Notes: generated from the sequence alone by a model not told the origin. 64,000 nt of DNA from Candidatus Latescibacterota bacterium (GCA_965200315.1 OZ241362.1:1152001-1216000), one strand, 5' to 3'. Counted from the stretch's first letter, positions 1 through 10,206 are shown. Translations and numbers: made by a program.

Positions 1-1317
1 CAGCGCCAAGCTGACGCCGTGCGGCTAGAGATCGCTCCGGGCGCACCCGACCAGCTAGTATCGCTTTTGCAACAGCAGTTCGATCTCGACGACAGCCTAG
101 TCTTTCGGGTCAATGGGCCGGTCAACCTCCATCGGGTTATGACCCTTTACGGCCTCGTCTCGCGCCCCGCCCTCAAGGACGCCCCCTTCACACCTGTCGA
201 GCGCGATTTCCCCGCAAACCCCGACGCCTTCTTCGACTCCATCCGCGCCGGCGATATTCTCCTGCATCACCCCTACGAGTCGTTTTCTACGGTGATCGAC
301 TTCATTCGCATGGCGGCTAACGACCCCAAAGTGCTAGCCATCAAACAGACCATCTACCGCACGGGCGACGATTCAGAGGTGGCGCAGGCGCTCATCGACG
401 CGGCCGAGCGCAGCAAGGAAGTTACCGTGCTCGTCGAGCTAAAGGCCCGCGGCGACGAAGCGGCCAACATTGAGTGGGCCAAGCGCCTCGAAGACAGCGG
501 CATCCACGTGGTCTATGGCATCATGGGCCTAAAGACCCATTGCAAGCTCTCCATGCTGGTGCGCCGCGATCAAGATCGCCTGCGCCGCTACGCTCACTTG
601 GGCACCGGCAACTACAACCACACCACCGCACGGCTCTACACGGATTTGGGGCTGATTACCGCCGAGCCAACGATCACCGCGGAGGTGGCCGAGGTCTTCA
701 ACATGCTCACCGCCCACAGCCGCATCAGTCAATTTGAAAAACTGCTAGTCGCGCCCTCCGGGCTGATGCAGGGCATGCTCGACCGCATCGAGCGCGAAAG
801 CGAACACGCTCGCGCCGGCCGGCCGGCCGCCATTATCGCCAAGATGAACGGCCTCATGGATCCGGCGATCATCAAGGCCCTGTACGCGGGCTCGCAGGCC
901 GGTGTCGAGATCGATCTGATCGTGCGCGGCATCTGCTGCTTGCGCGCCGGCCTCGACGGCATCAGCGAGACCATCCGCGTGTACAGCATCATTGGCCGCT
1001 TCTTAGAGCACAGCCGGGTCTTTTACTTTGCCAACGGCGGCGACGAGGAAGTTTGGCTCGGCAGCGCAGACTGGATGGATCGCAACCTGCGCGCCCGGGT
1101 CGAGGTCGTCTTCCCCATCTTGGACCAGAGCCTGAAGCGGCGCGTCTATCGCGAGTTGCTCGCATTCGCGCTCGCCGACCGCGCCAAATCTCGGCAGATG
1201 CGTCCAGACGGCACATACATCCGCCGCCAATCCGAGTGCGACACCCCGGGCCACAGCCTGCAGGAGTTGCTCATGCACATAGCTCTCGGCGAAGACATCA
1301 ACGGCCCAGAAAGCTAG
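1..1317 (+). CDS. ppk1: Polyphosphate kinase 1 (5' end outside window)
   Basis: Motifs DILLHHPYESF, AIKQTIYRTG, VELKAR, KTHCKL, HLGTGNYN, IIAKMNGL, SIIGRFLEHSR, GSADWMDRNL; frame open to window start. Confidence 0.96.
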   Translation, partial: QRQADAVRLEIAPGAPDQLVSLLQQQFDLDDSLVFRVNGPVNLHRVMTLYGLVSRPALKDAPFTPVERDFPANPDAFFDSIRAGDILLHHPYESFSTVIDFIRMAANDPKVLAIKQTIYRTGDDSEVAQALIDAAERSKEVTVLVELKARGDEAANIEWAKRLEDSGIHVVYGIMGLKTHCKLSMLVRRDQDRLRRYAHLGTGNYNHTTARLYTDLGLITAEPTITAEVAEVFNMLTAHSRISQFEKLLVAPSGLMQGMLDRIERESEHARAGRPAAIIAKMNGLMDPAIIKALYAGSQAGVEIDLIVRGICCLRAGLDGISETIRVYSIIGRFLEHSRVFYFANGGDEEVWLGSADWMDRNLRARVEVVFPILDQSLKRRVYRELLAFALADRAKSRQMRPDGTYIRRQSECDTPGHSLQELLMHIALGEDINGPES

Positions 1318-1384
1318 AGAGCAGGAATCCGATGCCCGACCGTTGGGTTAAGCAGGGGCGACCTTATTAAAAGAAAGAGACTCG

Positions 1385-2881
1385 ATGCACGACCTACTCG
1401 CAGAGATCAATTCGCCAGTCTTAGACGACATCCACCGCATCGGCATCGTTTTGGCGGCTGGCCACGGCAAGCGCATCCGCTCGGAGATCTCCAAGATGCT
1501 ACACGAAATTTGGGGCCAGCCAACGGCCGTGCGCGTGGGCCGCGCCGTACAAAAGGGCCTCGACAGCCCCAATCAGGTCATCGTCGTGGGCATCAAGGGC
1601 ATCGACGTCGCCCGCGCGGCCGGTCCCCAACCGGGGCGTGTTTTCGCGTACCAAGAAAACCCGGTCCTCGGCCAGCCAGCCGGAACCGGCGACGCCGTGC
1701 GCGTGGGCCTTCAAGCCTTTCCCGCAGCGGCTGCCGACCGCGACGTGTACATCTTTTTAGGGGACATGGGTTTGTTGACCGGGCAGGTAGTAGCCCAATT
1801 CCGCGCCAGCTTTGAAAGCACCGACTGCGACATGATGGTGCTCACCGGCCTGTACAGCGGCTCAGCCGAGAACAACTCCTATGGCCGCATCGTGCGCGTA
1901 CCAGCCACCGACGCCTCCGGGCAGCCCGCGGGCACCGACCGCGACAAGGTCATTGAGATCAGGGAGCACAAGGACATCCTCAGCCTCGACGCGGCAACGC
2001 CCTACGAGGCCGCTTACAATGGCCGCACCTACGCCTTCACGCGCCAAGAGCTGTTGGAAACGCGCGAGATCAACACCGGTGTCTTCGCCTTCAGAGAAAG
2101 CGCGTTGCGGACGTACATCCCGCATCTCAACACCGACAATGCCCAAGGCGAATTGCTGCTGACCGACTTGGTGCAAATTTTCAATCAGCACCAGCTCGTG
2201 GTGCGAGCCGCCACGGCCGACAGCGAAGAAGAGCTCCTCGCCTTCAACGTCAAAAGCGTCTGGCGGCAGATGGAGGCCATAGCCCGCCGTTGGGCCTACG
2301 ACAAACTCAAGGACACCATCACCATCGCCGACGAGGAGGACTTCTTCATCGCCGACGAGGTCATCGAGCAGATACTCAACATGGACGCCGAGTGCGGCCC
2401 CTTGGACATCGTCATCGGCAAGGGCACCTACATCGGTCCCGAGGTCCAACTCAACCGCCGAGTCACCATCGGGGACCGCAGCCATCTGAGCGGGCACGTA
2501 GTGTTAGGCGAGGGAGTACAAATTGGCGTCGGCGTCGAGCTGAGTGCCTACCGAGGCCAAACCCTCGCTCTTGACGAGGAGGTCGAAGTGCTCAGCCGCA
2601 ACATCATCAAGGGGAACCTGCGGATTGGCGCACACAGCCGCATCGAGTCTGGAGTACTTCTGACCGGCAGCGACGAACATCCCATGCGCGTGGGAGCGCG
2701 CGTAACCATCAAGGGCACCAGCTACCTCTACGGCTGTCAAATCGACGACGACCTGTTCATCGAGCACTCGGTCATCAAGGGCAAGCGGGTCGAACAGGTG
2801 CGCCGCCGCGACGGCACCATCCAACCCGTCCGCTATGTCCTGCCTCAGCCCGAGGGCCTCGACTCCATCGCCGATTTATGA
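1385..2881 (+). CDS. GlmU-like sugar-phosphate nucleotidyltransferase with C-terminal left-handed beta-helix
   Basis: LAAGHGKRIRS..SKMLH, GTGDAV, GDMGLL, YGRIVR, EINTG, NAQGELLLTD; hexapeptide-like repeats at C-terminus. Confidence 0.8.
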   Translation: MHDLLAEINSPVLDDIHRIGIVLAAGHGKRIRSEISKMLHEIWGQPTAVRVGRAVQKGLDSPNQVIVVGIKGIDVARAAGPQPGRVFAYQENPVLGQPAGTGDAVRVGLQAFPAAAADRDVYIFLGDMGLLTGQVVAQFRASFESTDCDMMVLTGLYSGSAENNSYGRIVRVPATDASGQPAGTDRDKVIEIREHKDILSLDAATPYEAAYNGRTYAFTRQELLETREINTGVFAFRESALRTYIPHLNTDNAQGELLLTDLVQIFNQHQLVVRAATADSEEELLAFNVKSVWRQMEAIARRWAYDKLKDTITIADEEDFFIADEVIEQILNMDAECGPLDIVIGKGTYIGPEVQLNRRVTIGDRSHLSGHVVLGEGVQIGVGVELSAYRGQTLALDEEVEVLSRNIIKGNLRIGAHSRIESGVLLTGSDEHPMRVGARVTIKGTSYLYGCQIDDDLFIEHSVIKGKRVEQVRRRDGTIQPVRYVLPQPEGLDSIADL

Positions 2882-3796
2882 GCGCTCGGCTCCCATAGCA
2901 TCGAGCAGCGATTTGGCGACTTTGCAGACCATCGTATAGGCCGGGTCGTACACATTCCCCATATCGTATTCCACGCACTGACCCAAAAGCGCGTGGGCAC
3001 TTAACTCGCTGAGGCCGTAGTCCTCAACAAGCCAATTCACCAGCTCGCTGGTGGCGTGTTGTACGCATTGGTCCAAAGGACGCGCATTGCCGACCGCGAG
3101 AATGTGCGTGTCGTTTTCAGCGCGGGGCCAGCCGATCTGCTTGCCCTTGATCACATCTACGCTAAACGTCGCGTCAAAGGAGATTTCCACGCCCGTGCCG
3201 ACGATCTCGCCGTCGCCTTGGATGGCGTGCCCGTCGCCTAAGTGGAAGAGCGCTCCTCGCGCCTCGACCGGCAGATACACGGTCGCGCCGGTTACAAAGC
3301 CCCGGTAGTCCATGTTGCCGCCGTGGGTCGAAGAAGTGGCCGTGGAAATGGCCTGACCGCGCGGCGGGGCCACCCCGAAACAGCCGACCATCGGGCTGAG
3401 GGGCAGCACCAAGCCCGGTAGCACATCCGGTTGCGTTGCCGTGCCGGCCGCTAGATCAATCGGCCACCGGAGCGGCTGATCGTCGCGCTCAATCCCGGTA
3501 GTGAACCCCGGATCCAGCACATTGGGCGCAATTTCCCTAGCCGTCCAGCCCCAGTCGCGGTTGGGGTAGAGCTTGTCGAAGTGAACCACCAGAGTGTCGC
3601 CCGGCTCGGCTCCTTCTATGTAGAAAGGACCCGTCATCGGGTTGCCGCGCTCGGCGACCCGCTCGCCGTGCTGGTCCTGGCCGCGGGCATCAACGGTCGT
3701 GGTAGAGACCGTATCGCCGGGGGCAATGGCCAGCACGGGCTCGTGCCAGCCAATGGTATTGTGATAGTGGGTTGGGGTGAATTCGTGATGAGCCAT
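2876..3796 (-). CDS. Acetamidase/formamidase family protein
   Basis: NPMTGPFYIEGAEPGDTL, PMVGCFGVAP, HGGNMD, GDGHAIQGDGE motifs. Confidence 0.92.
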   Translation of the reverse strand: MAHHEFTPTHYHNTIGWHEPVLAIAPGDTVSTTTVDARGQDQHGERVAERGNPMTGPFYIEGAEPGDTLVVHFDKLYPNRDWGWTAREIAPNVLDPGFTTGIERDDQPLRWPIDLAAGTATQPDVLPGLVLPLSPMVGCFGVAPPRGQAISTATSSTHGGNMDYRGFVTGATVYLPVEARGALFHLGDGHAIQGDGEIVGTGVEISFDATFSVDVIKGKQIGWPRAENDTHILAVGNARPLDQCVQHATSELVNWLVEDYGLSELSAHALLGQCVEYDMGNVYDPAYTMVCKVAKSLLDAMGAERS

Positions 3797-3856
3797 AAGA
3801 CCTCTCTGGAAAGGTTAAACGTTTGGTGTGAATTATTATGGTAGAATAAGCAAAGG

Positions 3857-4160
3857 TGCCTATGTTCTGTTCATCTTGGTACAAGTTCCCTACGGACGAT
3901 GCTAGACATAGACACCTTTGTGAGCACAGTATATGTATGGGTTGATGATTTTTGCAAATCGACGGCGAGGGTGCGGCGTCGGGGTGCCGGCCCCGATTTT
4001 GACGACGCGCAGCAAAGTGGTCACATGGGCGCTATTGAGCCCGTGGGGCTGCTTTACCAGTCAACGCGCCTTTTATCGTTGGGTGCCTACGCACTTGGGG
4101 TGGGCGTTACGTGTTGGCCCGGGATTGATTTTCTCGCGTACAGCAGCCAGTGGCGATTAG
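3857..4160 (+). mobile_element. Degenerate IS982-family transposase remnant (frameshifted, truncated)
   Basis: MLDIDTFVSTVYVWVDDFCK in the frame of 3899 continues in another frame as PAPILT..SKVVTWALLSPWGCFTSQRAFYRW..THL, resembling IS982 transposase N-termini; no DDE core present. Confidence 0.6.
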
Positions 4161-4164
4161 GCTC

Positions 4165-5085
4165 TCAAATTTCCCAAGCAGAAAAAGGCGATAGAAAAAA
4201 CGCCGCTAGGTCGCCCCGGGCCTCGGCTTGTTCTAGCACCGCAATTTCCGCACCCAACTCGTCAGCGATCCGCACCCGCACGTCCGCATCCTCCACCGCA
4301 TCGTCCAAGTGCCCGACGAGTTGTGCCAACACCTGCCGCCGCACGTGAGGACGCAGCTCACCCTCGGCAAAACACTCGGCGCGAAAGCGCGACACCTGCG
4401 CCTTTTGGGCAACAAGCTCGGCGCGCCCCAACGCCAACGCCAAAACGACGCGGTGCAGCACCCCGGCGAAATCCACATCGACCTGTTTAAGCAAAGCGGC
4501 CACCGATGGCTGCGGCAACGAGCGCACAAAGGCTACCTTGCCGGTTAGCTCTTGCAGCATTTGGCCATCGGCGCGCAGATCGATGGCACTGGGACCGGTC
4601 CACGTCTCGGGCACGAGCTTTGCCAAGGCCGCGACTTTGGGCTGCCGATCGGGCCAAAAGCCCAGCTCGGGACAGCCGACTAAGGAGCGAGCCTGCTGGC
4701 GCATCTCTTTGAGGCGGTGGAATGCCTGCTCCCAGCCCTGCTTGTAGAGCGCGTCAAACGAGTCGCTGGCCAGCTTGGCTACGGCGGCGTTGAGATCGCC
4801 GCCGCTTGCCTCCTCCAGCGCCAAGTCCATACACGCCAAGCCCTGCTCCATGCCTTGGCGCAACTGATCGCGGCCAAGGGCGATGCCCGTGCGGTTGCGT
4901 TGGGCAAAGCCCAACCCGCAGATCCGCAGATAAGCCCGCAGCGAATCCATAAAGTGCGGCGGCAACTGCTCGTATTCGAGGCCCGCGGCGACTGCTTGGC
5001 CGATGAAACTCTGGCGGTCGAGCGGGACTTGGCTTCGACCTGAGCTCAGCCGAAGGTTGAGATCAACGGGTGCTAGCCGGTTCAC
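4165..5085 (-). CDS. Hypothetical alpha-helical protein (possible DUF6178-like C-terminal part)
   Basis: GTG start overlapping upstream TGA (GTGA at 5082-5085) with GGAGG RBS; 306 aa. Confidence 0.7.
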   Translation of the reverse strand: MNRLAPVDLNLRLSSGRSQVPLDRQSFIGQAVAAGLEYEQLPPHFMDSLRAYLRICGLGFAQRNRTGIALGRDQLRQGMEQGLACMDLALEEASGGDLNAAVAKLASDSFDALYKQGWEQAFHRLKEMRQQARSLVGCPELGFWPDRQPKVAALAKLVPETWTGPSAIDLRADGQMLQELTGKVAFVRSLPQPSVAALLKQVDVDFAGVLHRVVLALALGRAELVAQKAQVSRFRAECFAEGELRPHVRRQVLAQLVGHLDDAVEDADVRVRIADELGAEIAVLEQAEARGDLAAFFLSPFSAWEI

Positions 5086-5849
5086 GAGGCTCCTCCACCG
5101 GCCCGTTCCCAAGCGGCGCGCAGCACCTTGGCCAGCAACTCGGGCGCGGCTTGGTGCAAGGCGTGGATGACTTCGCGGATCTCCGGGTCGTCGATCGGTG
5201 GCAGCATCACGGCCTGACCCGATTCCGACAGCAGACTGAAGGCCGACACTGTACCCACATCCTCTAGGGCGCTGACTTGGGCCTGCATGTCGATGCTATC
5301 GACCTTGTCGAGGAAGGCGTCTTCTAGCAGGCTCTGATCGACCTTGTACAAGAGTGCGGCGCGCTTGTTGGGATCGCCCAGCGCCGCGACCGCTTCGAGC
5401 CATTCCCACGACACCTTGGTGCGGTTGCCTCGGTAGTAAACCGGATCGAGCGTGTCTGCTACTGCGCGCGCAAACGACTCCGCCGACATAGTTTGCAACA
5501 GCGCGGTGTTGAATCTCGCCAGCTTGCACTCGCCGGGAGCTACCAACTCGGCGATGATCTCCGACGGCAGCTTATCGACTACAGAGGGCAAGTACCCCGG
5601 GCGGCCCTTGGCGTCCATGCCGGTCAGCGAGAGCACTTCCTCGGGGTTTTCGTCTATGGCCACCAGCGCGGCTTGTTCCTCCACGGCCTGCGCCCGAAGC
5701 AGTACGCGGGCCTCGTCAGCGCACCCTGCGCGCAACATCTGGCGCAAAGTGACGTTCTTGGCGATCAATTCTTCCAGATCGCCCGACCACTCCCCTAGCA
5801 CCACCCGGTCGCCCTGCACTTGCAGAGCATCGTTTTCGTGCTGGGACAT
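5082..5849 (-). CDS. Hypothetical alpha-helical protein (possible DUF6178-like N-terminal part)
   Basis: ATG at 5849 preceded by AGGAGG; 255 aa acidic helical protein. Confidence 0.72.
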   Translation of the reverse strand: MSQHENDALQVQGDRVVLGEWSGDLEELIAKNVTLRQMLRAGCADEARVLLRAQAVEEQAALVAIDENPEEVLSLTGMDAKGRPGYLPSVVDKLPSEIIAELVAPGECKLARFNTALLQTMSAESFARAVADTLDPVYYRGNRTKVSWEWLEAVAALGDPNKRAALLYKVDQSLLEDAFLDKVDSIDMQAQVSALEDVGTVSAFSLLSESGQAVMLPPIDDPEIREVIHALHQAAPELLAKVLRAAWERAGGGAS

Positions 5850-5970
5850 CGGTCCTCCTGTGTGGAATAATTGGGGAATTGGGGGCGGTCTTAAAGTAGG
5901 TTGAGCAGTGTATCGCGTCAATATAAAATTTTTCTAACTTATTATTTATATGATATTTATATCATTTTAC

Positions 5971-5999
5971 TGGACATGTCCTCTCTTTTTTTGTATTTT
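5971..5999 (+). promoter_or_regulatory. Candidate sigma-70 promoter TGGACA-N17-TATTTT
   Basis: Near-consensus hexamers with 17-bp spacing in an AT-rich divergent intergenic region. Confidence 0.45.
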
Positions 6000-6013
6000 A
6001 TATGTTACGATTA

Positions 6014-6043
6014 GCGCGGGGCTTGTAGCCCGGCGTTTTTTTT
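6014..6043 (+). terminator. Hairpin plus T8 run (attenuator/terminator-like)
   Basis: GGGCT-TGT-AGCCC core stem followed by 8 T. Confidence 0.45.
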
Positions 6044-6110
6044 ATGGGCAAGCAAGGCGTCGATTAGTAGCGCAGTGCTAGGTTCTGCCCTATATTGTCC
6101 CTTGCGTTCC

Positions 6111-6136
6111 CCAGCCTCCTTGGGGCTGGATTTTTT
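6111..6136 (+). terminator. Hairpin plus T6 run just upstream of the 6166 CDS
   Basis: CCAGCCTC-CTT-GGGGCTGG stem followed by ATTTTTT. Confidence 0.5.
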
Positions 6137-6165
6137 CATTCTATTTTCTGTCAGAGAGCGCGCCC

Positions 6166-6936
6166 ATGGATTACGACGATATCGGCGACTTGCTCAACAG
6201 TTGGGAATTCAAGCCCGACGAGTTCCTCGCCCGGCGCATCCGCACCAGCAAGGGCGAGGAAAAACTTCAGATCCGCATCGACATGGGGCTTCTTCAGCTC
6301 GAATTGGATGGCCGTCCCGACGGCCAACAACCGCACGGCTGCCCCTCACTGCTTGACTACTACCAAGACCTCATCGAATCGCATGACACCCCAGAAAGCT
6401 TCGTACTAAACGAGGACGAGTGCGAAGAGCTCTTCCAAGAGGCCTGGCAGTACTACCACCGCTATTTAAGTCTGTTCAACCTAGAAGACTACGAAGGGGT
6501 CGTCGCCGATACCGAGCACACCCTACAGATTTTTGAATTGGTCGATCAGTGCGCGCCCAACGACGAAATCCGTTGGTACTTTGAGCAGTACTATCCACAC
6601 GCGATTATGATGCAGACCCGGGCGCACGCCATGCTCGCGCTGCAAAGCGACGACTATCCAACAGCCATGCGCGCCGTGGAAGAAGGCATTGCCCACATCG
6701 AGAGCTTTGTCGAGGAATGGGAATCCGAGCTAGACGAGGATTTGCCCGAGATTTCCTTTTTGCGCGAATGGTACGAGGAATTAGAGCAGGAGCGCCCGCT
6801 GTCTGAGCGCGAACAACTAGAGCGCGACCTACAGGCGGCCGTAGAAGCAGAAAATTTTGAGGAGGCCGCACGGCTGCGCGACAAGCTCCAGACCCTGTGG
6901 CCGACGCCGCAGCACCTCCTCCGCCCCAAGCGCTGA
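6166..6936 (+). CDS. UvrB/UvrC (UVR) motif-containing protein, paralog 1
   Basis: C-terminal LQAAVEAENFEEAARLRDKL UVR motif; N-terminal KLQIRIDMGLLQLELDGRPDG.PHG. Confidence 0.85.
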   Translation: MDYDDIGDLLNSWEFKPDEFLARRIRTSKGEEKLQIRIDMGLLQLELDGRPDGQQPHGCPSLLDYYQDLIESHDTPESFVLNEDECEELFQEAWQYYHRYLSLFNLEDYEGVVADTEHTLQIFELVDQCAPNDEIRWYFEQYYPHAIMMQTRAHAMLALQSDDYPTAMRAVEEGIAHIESFVEEWESELDEDLPEISFLREWYEELEQERPLSEREQLERDLQAAVEAENFEEAARLRDKLQTLWPTPQHLLRPKR

Positions 6937-6940
6937 GCGA

Positions 6941-7744
6941 TCAGCCCAGCTCCAACACGTCTCCCATCGAATACATCCCCGGCGCGGCCTGCGCGGCAAA
7001 GCGCACGGCGCGCAGCGCACCCAAAGCAAAGGAATCGCGGCTCGTAGCGCGGTGCCGCAGCTCGAGGCATTCGCCTAAGGCCGCATAGAGCACCGTGTGA
7101 TCGCCCGCCAAGTCGCCGGCGCGGATCGCGTGCAGGCCAATCTCTTGGCGGGAGCGCTCGCCGACCACGCCCGACCGCCCGTGTACCGCTACCTCGCGCA
7201 AGGTACGGCCCAAGCCGGCTGCGGCCCGTTCGGCCAGCGTCAGCGCCGACCCAGAGGGCGCATCGACCTTGTGCCGGTGATGCGCTTCGATGACTTCCAC
7301 ATCGTAGTCGTCGCCCAAGATCCGCGCCGCCTCTTCGACTAGCTTGAAGAGCACGTTCATGGCGGTGCTGAAATTCGACGCAAACACGCAGGTAATGTCC
7401 GCCACCGTCCGCTTGAATTCCGCGAGTTGTTCCGGGGTAAAACCCGTGGTCCCCACCACCATGGGCACCCCGCGCACCGCACAGAGGGCCGCGTCTTCGA
7501 GGGTCGCCTCCGGGGTCGTAAAATTGATGACTACCTGATCTGGCTCGACGATGCCCGCCAGCGTGTCGCGGACCGTTAGGTCGAGGGGCCGGGTGCCAAT
7601 GACTTCGCCGATGTCGCGCCCCACAGCCTCGTGAGCCGGGTGCTCCTTGCCGCCGCACAACTCCAAATCAGCCGCCGCCAAAGTCAAGTGGGCCAGCCGC
7701 TGGCCCATGCGCCCGGCTACTCCGCAGATTACGATTTTGGTCAT
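6941..7744 (-). CDS. dapB: 4-hydroxy-tetrahydrodipicolinate reductase
   Basis: GVAGRMG, VVGTTGF, ASNFS, EAHHRHKVDAPSGSA motifs. Confidence 0.96.
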   Translation of the reverse strand: MTKIVICGVAGRMGQRLAHLTLAAADLELCGGKEHPAHEAVGRDIGEVIGTRPLDLTVRDTLAGIVEPDQVVINFTTPEATLEDAALCAVRGVPMVVGTTGFTPEQLAEFKRTVADITCVFASNFSTAMNVLFKLVEEAARILGDDYDVEVIEAHHRHKVDAPSGSALTLAERAAAGLGRTLREVAVHGRSGVVGERSRQEIGLHAIRAGDLAGDHTVLYAALGECLELRHRATSRDSFALGALRAVRFAAQAAPGMYSMGDVLELG

Positions 7745-7759
7745 CGCTCTTAACCTCGC

Positions 7760-8797
7760 TTAATACGATGGATACACCGCACGCTCGACCAGCGAGTCGT
7801 CGTGCAGACGCGCTTCCACGTCCACCCCGAAAAACTCGGCTACCGGCGCAAAAGCCGTTGGGTCGTTGGCGTGTACTTGGCGCGCGGCGTCCAGCACCGT
7901 TTGTGCGCCCGTGCGCGTCATCTTGCCCAGCGGCTGCCGCACTGGCCCGGCCGGCATGCCGAGGATGTTCATCAGCGTCTTAATCGGCACCGGGTTGCGC
8001 GCCTTGCACTCGACCGGACCATAGGCGCTCTGCTCAGTGGTCGCAACGCCGACAATGCCAAAAAGCGGTGCCAGCTTCGCGGCCAAACTATCGGCCTCGT
8101 CCTCCTCGCCAGCGTTGAGCAACTCGGTGAGCCGCTGGATGGGACCTGGAATGACGTTGGACATCACCGAGATTACGCCAGCGGCCCGGATATCCGCGCT
8201 CTTCATCATCGGCACGGTTTTGTCGTCATCGCCCGAGAGGATGGTAAAATCGTCGCCGCAGAGCCGGCGCGTCTTGGCCATGTTGTCCAAGTCGCCGGTC
8301 GCTTCTTTGACTTGGGCCACGTTGGGGTACTGGTGGGCGAGGATGGCCAAATCTTCCACCTGCATCATGCAGCCGGTGCGCCCGGGGATGATGTAGGGAA
8401 TGATCTGCACCTCGGGAAAGGCCCGCGCCACCGGCTCGACGTATTCGCGGCGGATCTCCAACGAGCTAGGCCCATTGTAGTAGGGATCGACCAGCAGCAC
8501 GGCGTCTGCGCCAATGTGGGCGGCGTGCTCGCTGCCTTCCATAGTCTCCTTAGTGGAGTTGCTGCCCGTGCCAGCAATCGATAGGGTGCGCCCCTTGGCC
8601 AGCGCGACCGTGCGTTCGATGACTTCGTTGTGCTCCTCCCATACTAGGGTCGGGCTTTCGCCGGTCGTGCCGACGGCGAGTACCGCTTGGATGTTGTTGG
8701 CAATCTGGAATTCCACCAGTTGCTCCAAGCCGCCTTGGTCAATGCCGCCGTCTGCGTTCATGGGCGTTACTAGGGCTGTGCTACAACCTTTGAACAT
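7760..8797 (-). CDS. dapA: 4-hydroxy-tetrahydrodipicolinate synthase
   Basis: TALVTPM, GTTGES, AGTGSNST, PYYN, PGRTG, KEATG; adjacent to dapB; ATG at 8797. Confidence 0.93.
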   Translation of the reverse strand: MFKGCSTALVTPMNADGGIDQGGLEQLVEFQIANNIQAVLAVGTTGESPTLVWEEHNEVIERTVALAKGRTLSIAGTGSNSTKETMEGSEHAAHIGADAVLLVDPYYNGPSSLEIRREYVEPVARAFPEVQIIPYIIPGRTGCMMQVEDLAILAHQYPNVAQVKEATGDLDNMAKTRRLCGDDFTILSGDDDKTVPMMKSADIRAAGVISVMSNVIPGPIQRLTELLNAGEEDEADSLAAKLAPLFGIVGVATTEQSAYGPVECKARNPVPIKTLMNILGMPAGPVRQPLGKMTRTGAQTVLDAARQVHANDPTAFAPVAEFFGVDVEARLHDDSLVERAVYPSY

Positions 8798-8919
8798 GGT
8801 CGTTCTACCTCGCCTTGGCTTGTCAAAAAGGGGTTGATTGGCGATTGTCTTTTTACCGCGATTGCCGAACATAATACGCCGCCCCAACTTTTGTCAAATA
8901 GTCTCATCGAGGAGGAACT

Positions 8920-10095
8920 ATGCCCGCGACAATCGACATGCGCTACGGATGCAACCCCCACCAAGCAGGCGCCCGCGGCTCTATGGCCGATGGAGGTGAC
9001 CTGCCCATCGAGCCGCTCAACGACGCCCCCAGCTACATCAACCTCATGGACGCGCTCAACGCCTATCAGCTCGTCCGCGATCTCAAACGCGCCCTCGGCC
9101 TACCGGCTGCTGCCTCGTTCAAACACGTCTCTCCGGCCGGTGCCGCCGTTGCCGCACCGCTCGACGAGGCCCTGAGTGCCTCCTATTTCGTCGCCGACCG
9201 CGCCCTCAGTCCGCTGGCCACGGCCTATGCCCGTGCCCGCGGTGCCGACCGCCTCGCCTCCTTCGGCGACTGGGTCGCCCTGAGTGACGTGGTCGATTTC
9301 CCTACGGCCGATCTCATCCGCGTCGAGGTGTCCGACGGGATCATCGCCCCCGGCTACGAGCCAGAGGCTTTAGAGATTTTAAAAAAGAAAAAGGGCGGCC
9401 AGTACCGCATCCTACAAATCGACCCAGCCTACGTGCCGGCCGCGACCGAGCAACGCGAGATATTCGGCGTCCAGCTCGCACAGCAACGCAATGATTTTAT
9501 CCCCGACGACGCCTTTTTCCACAACATCGTCACCACCCGCAAGGACTTGCCAGCGAGTGCCCGCCGCGACCTGACGGTGGCGACCATCGCCCTCAAGTAC
9601 AGCCAATCTAACTCCGTGTGCCTAGCCCGCGACGGCCAAGTCATCGGCACGGGTGCCGGCCAGCAGTCACGCGTCCACTGCGTACGCCTCGCCTGCGCCA
9701 AAGCCGACAATTGGTATCTGCGCCTGCATCCCAAAGTCTTGGGCATGAAATTCGCCAAGGGCCTCAAGCGCCCAGAAAAGATCAACGCCATCGACATCTA
9801 TCTGCAAGACGACGTCACCCCGGCCGAACTCCGGGCTTGGGAAGCCAATTTCCGCGAGGTTCCAGAGCGGCTCAGCGCCGCGGAGAAGCGGGCATGGCTG
9901 GACCATCTCAAGGGCGTAGCGCTGAGTTCAGACGCCTTCTTCCCCTTCCGCGACAACATTGACCGGGCGCAGCGTTCAGGCGTGGAGTACATAGTCCAAG
10001 CCGGCGGCTCAACGCGAGATGATCTGGTAATCGAGGCGGCAGACGAATGCGGAATGTTGATGATTAATTCGGGGGTGCGGCTTTTTCACCATTAA
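8920..10095 (+). CDS. purH: AICAR transformylase, short PurH form lacking the IMP cyclohydrolase domain
   Basis: Starts at MRYGCNPHQ; [34 protein letters not shown], ends RLFHH; AGGAGG RBS. Confidence 0.92.
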   Translation: MPATIDMRYGCNPHQAGARGSMADGGDLPIEPLNDAPSYINLMDALNAYQLVRDLKRALGLPAAASFKHVSPAGAAVAAPLDEALSASYFVADRALSPLATAYARARGADRLASFGDWVALSDVVDFPTADLIRVEVSDGIIAPGYEPEALEILKKKKGGQYRILQIDPAYVPAATEQREIFGVQLAQQRNDFIPDDAFFHNIVTTRKDLPASARRDLTVATIALKYSQSNSVCLARDGQVIGTGAGQQSRVHCVRLACAKADNWYLRLHPKVLGMKFAKGLKRPEKINAIDIYLQDDVTPAELRAWEANFREVPERLSAAEKRAWLDHLKGVALSSDAFFPFRDNIDRAQRSGVEYIVQAGGSTRDDLVIEAADECGMLMINSGVRLFHH

Positions 10096-10206
10096 TGAGT
10101 AAGCTCATCGACAGTCTAGCGGTAGTGAATTACTGGATTCTCAATCTAGCACGTCATCCCAACTCGTTTTGGCTATCCACCGCAACGGACCAATTGAAGA
10201 AGACGA

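Noticed and set aside
6019-6031. GGGCTTGTAGC resembles a tRNA-Ile 5' end
   Set aside because: No D-loop, anticodon arm or TTCGA T-loop follows; it is a local hairpin
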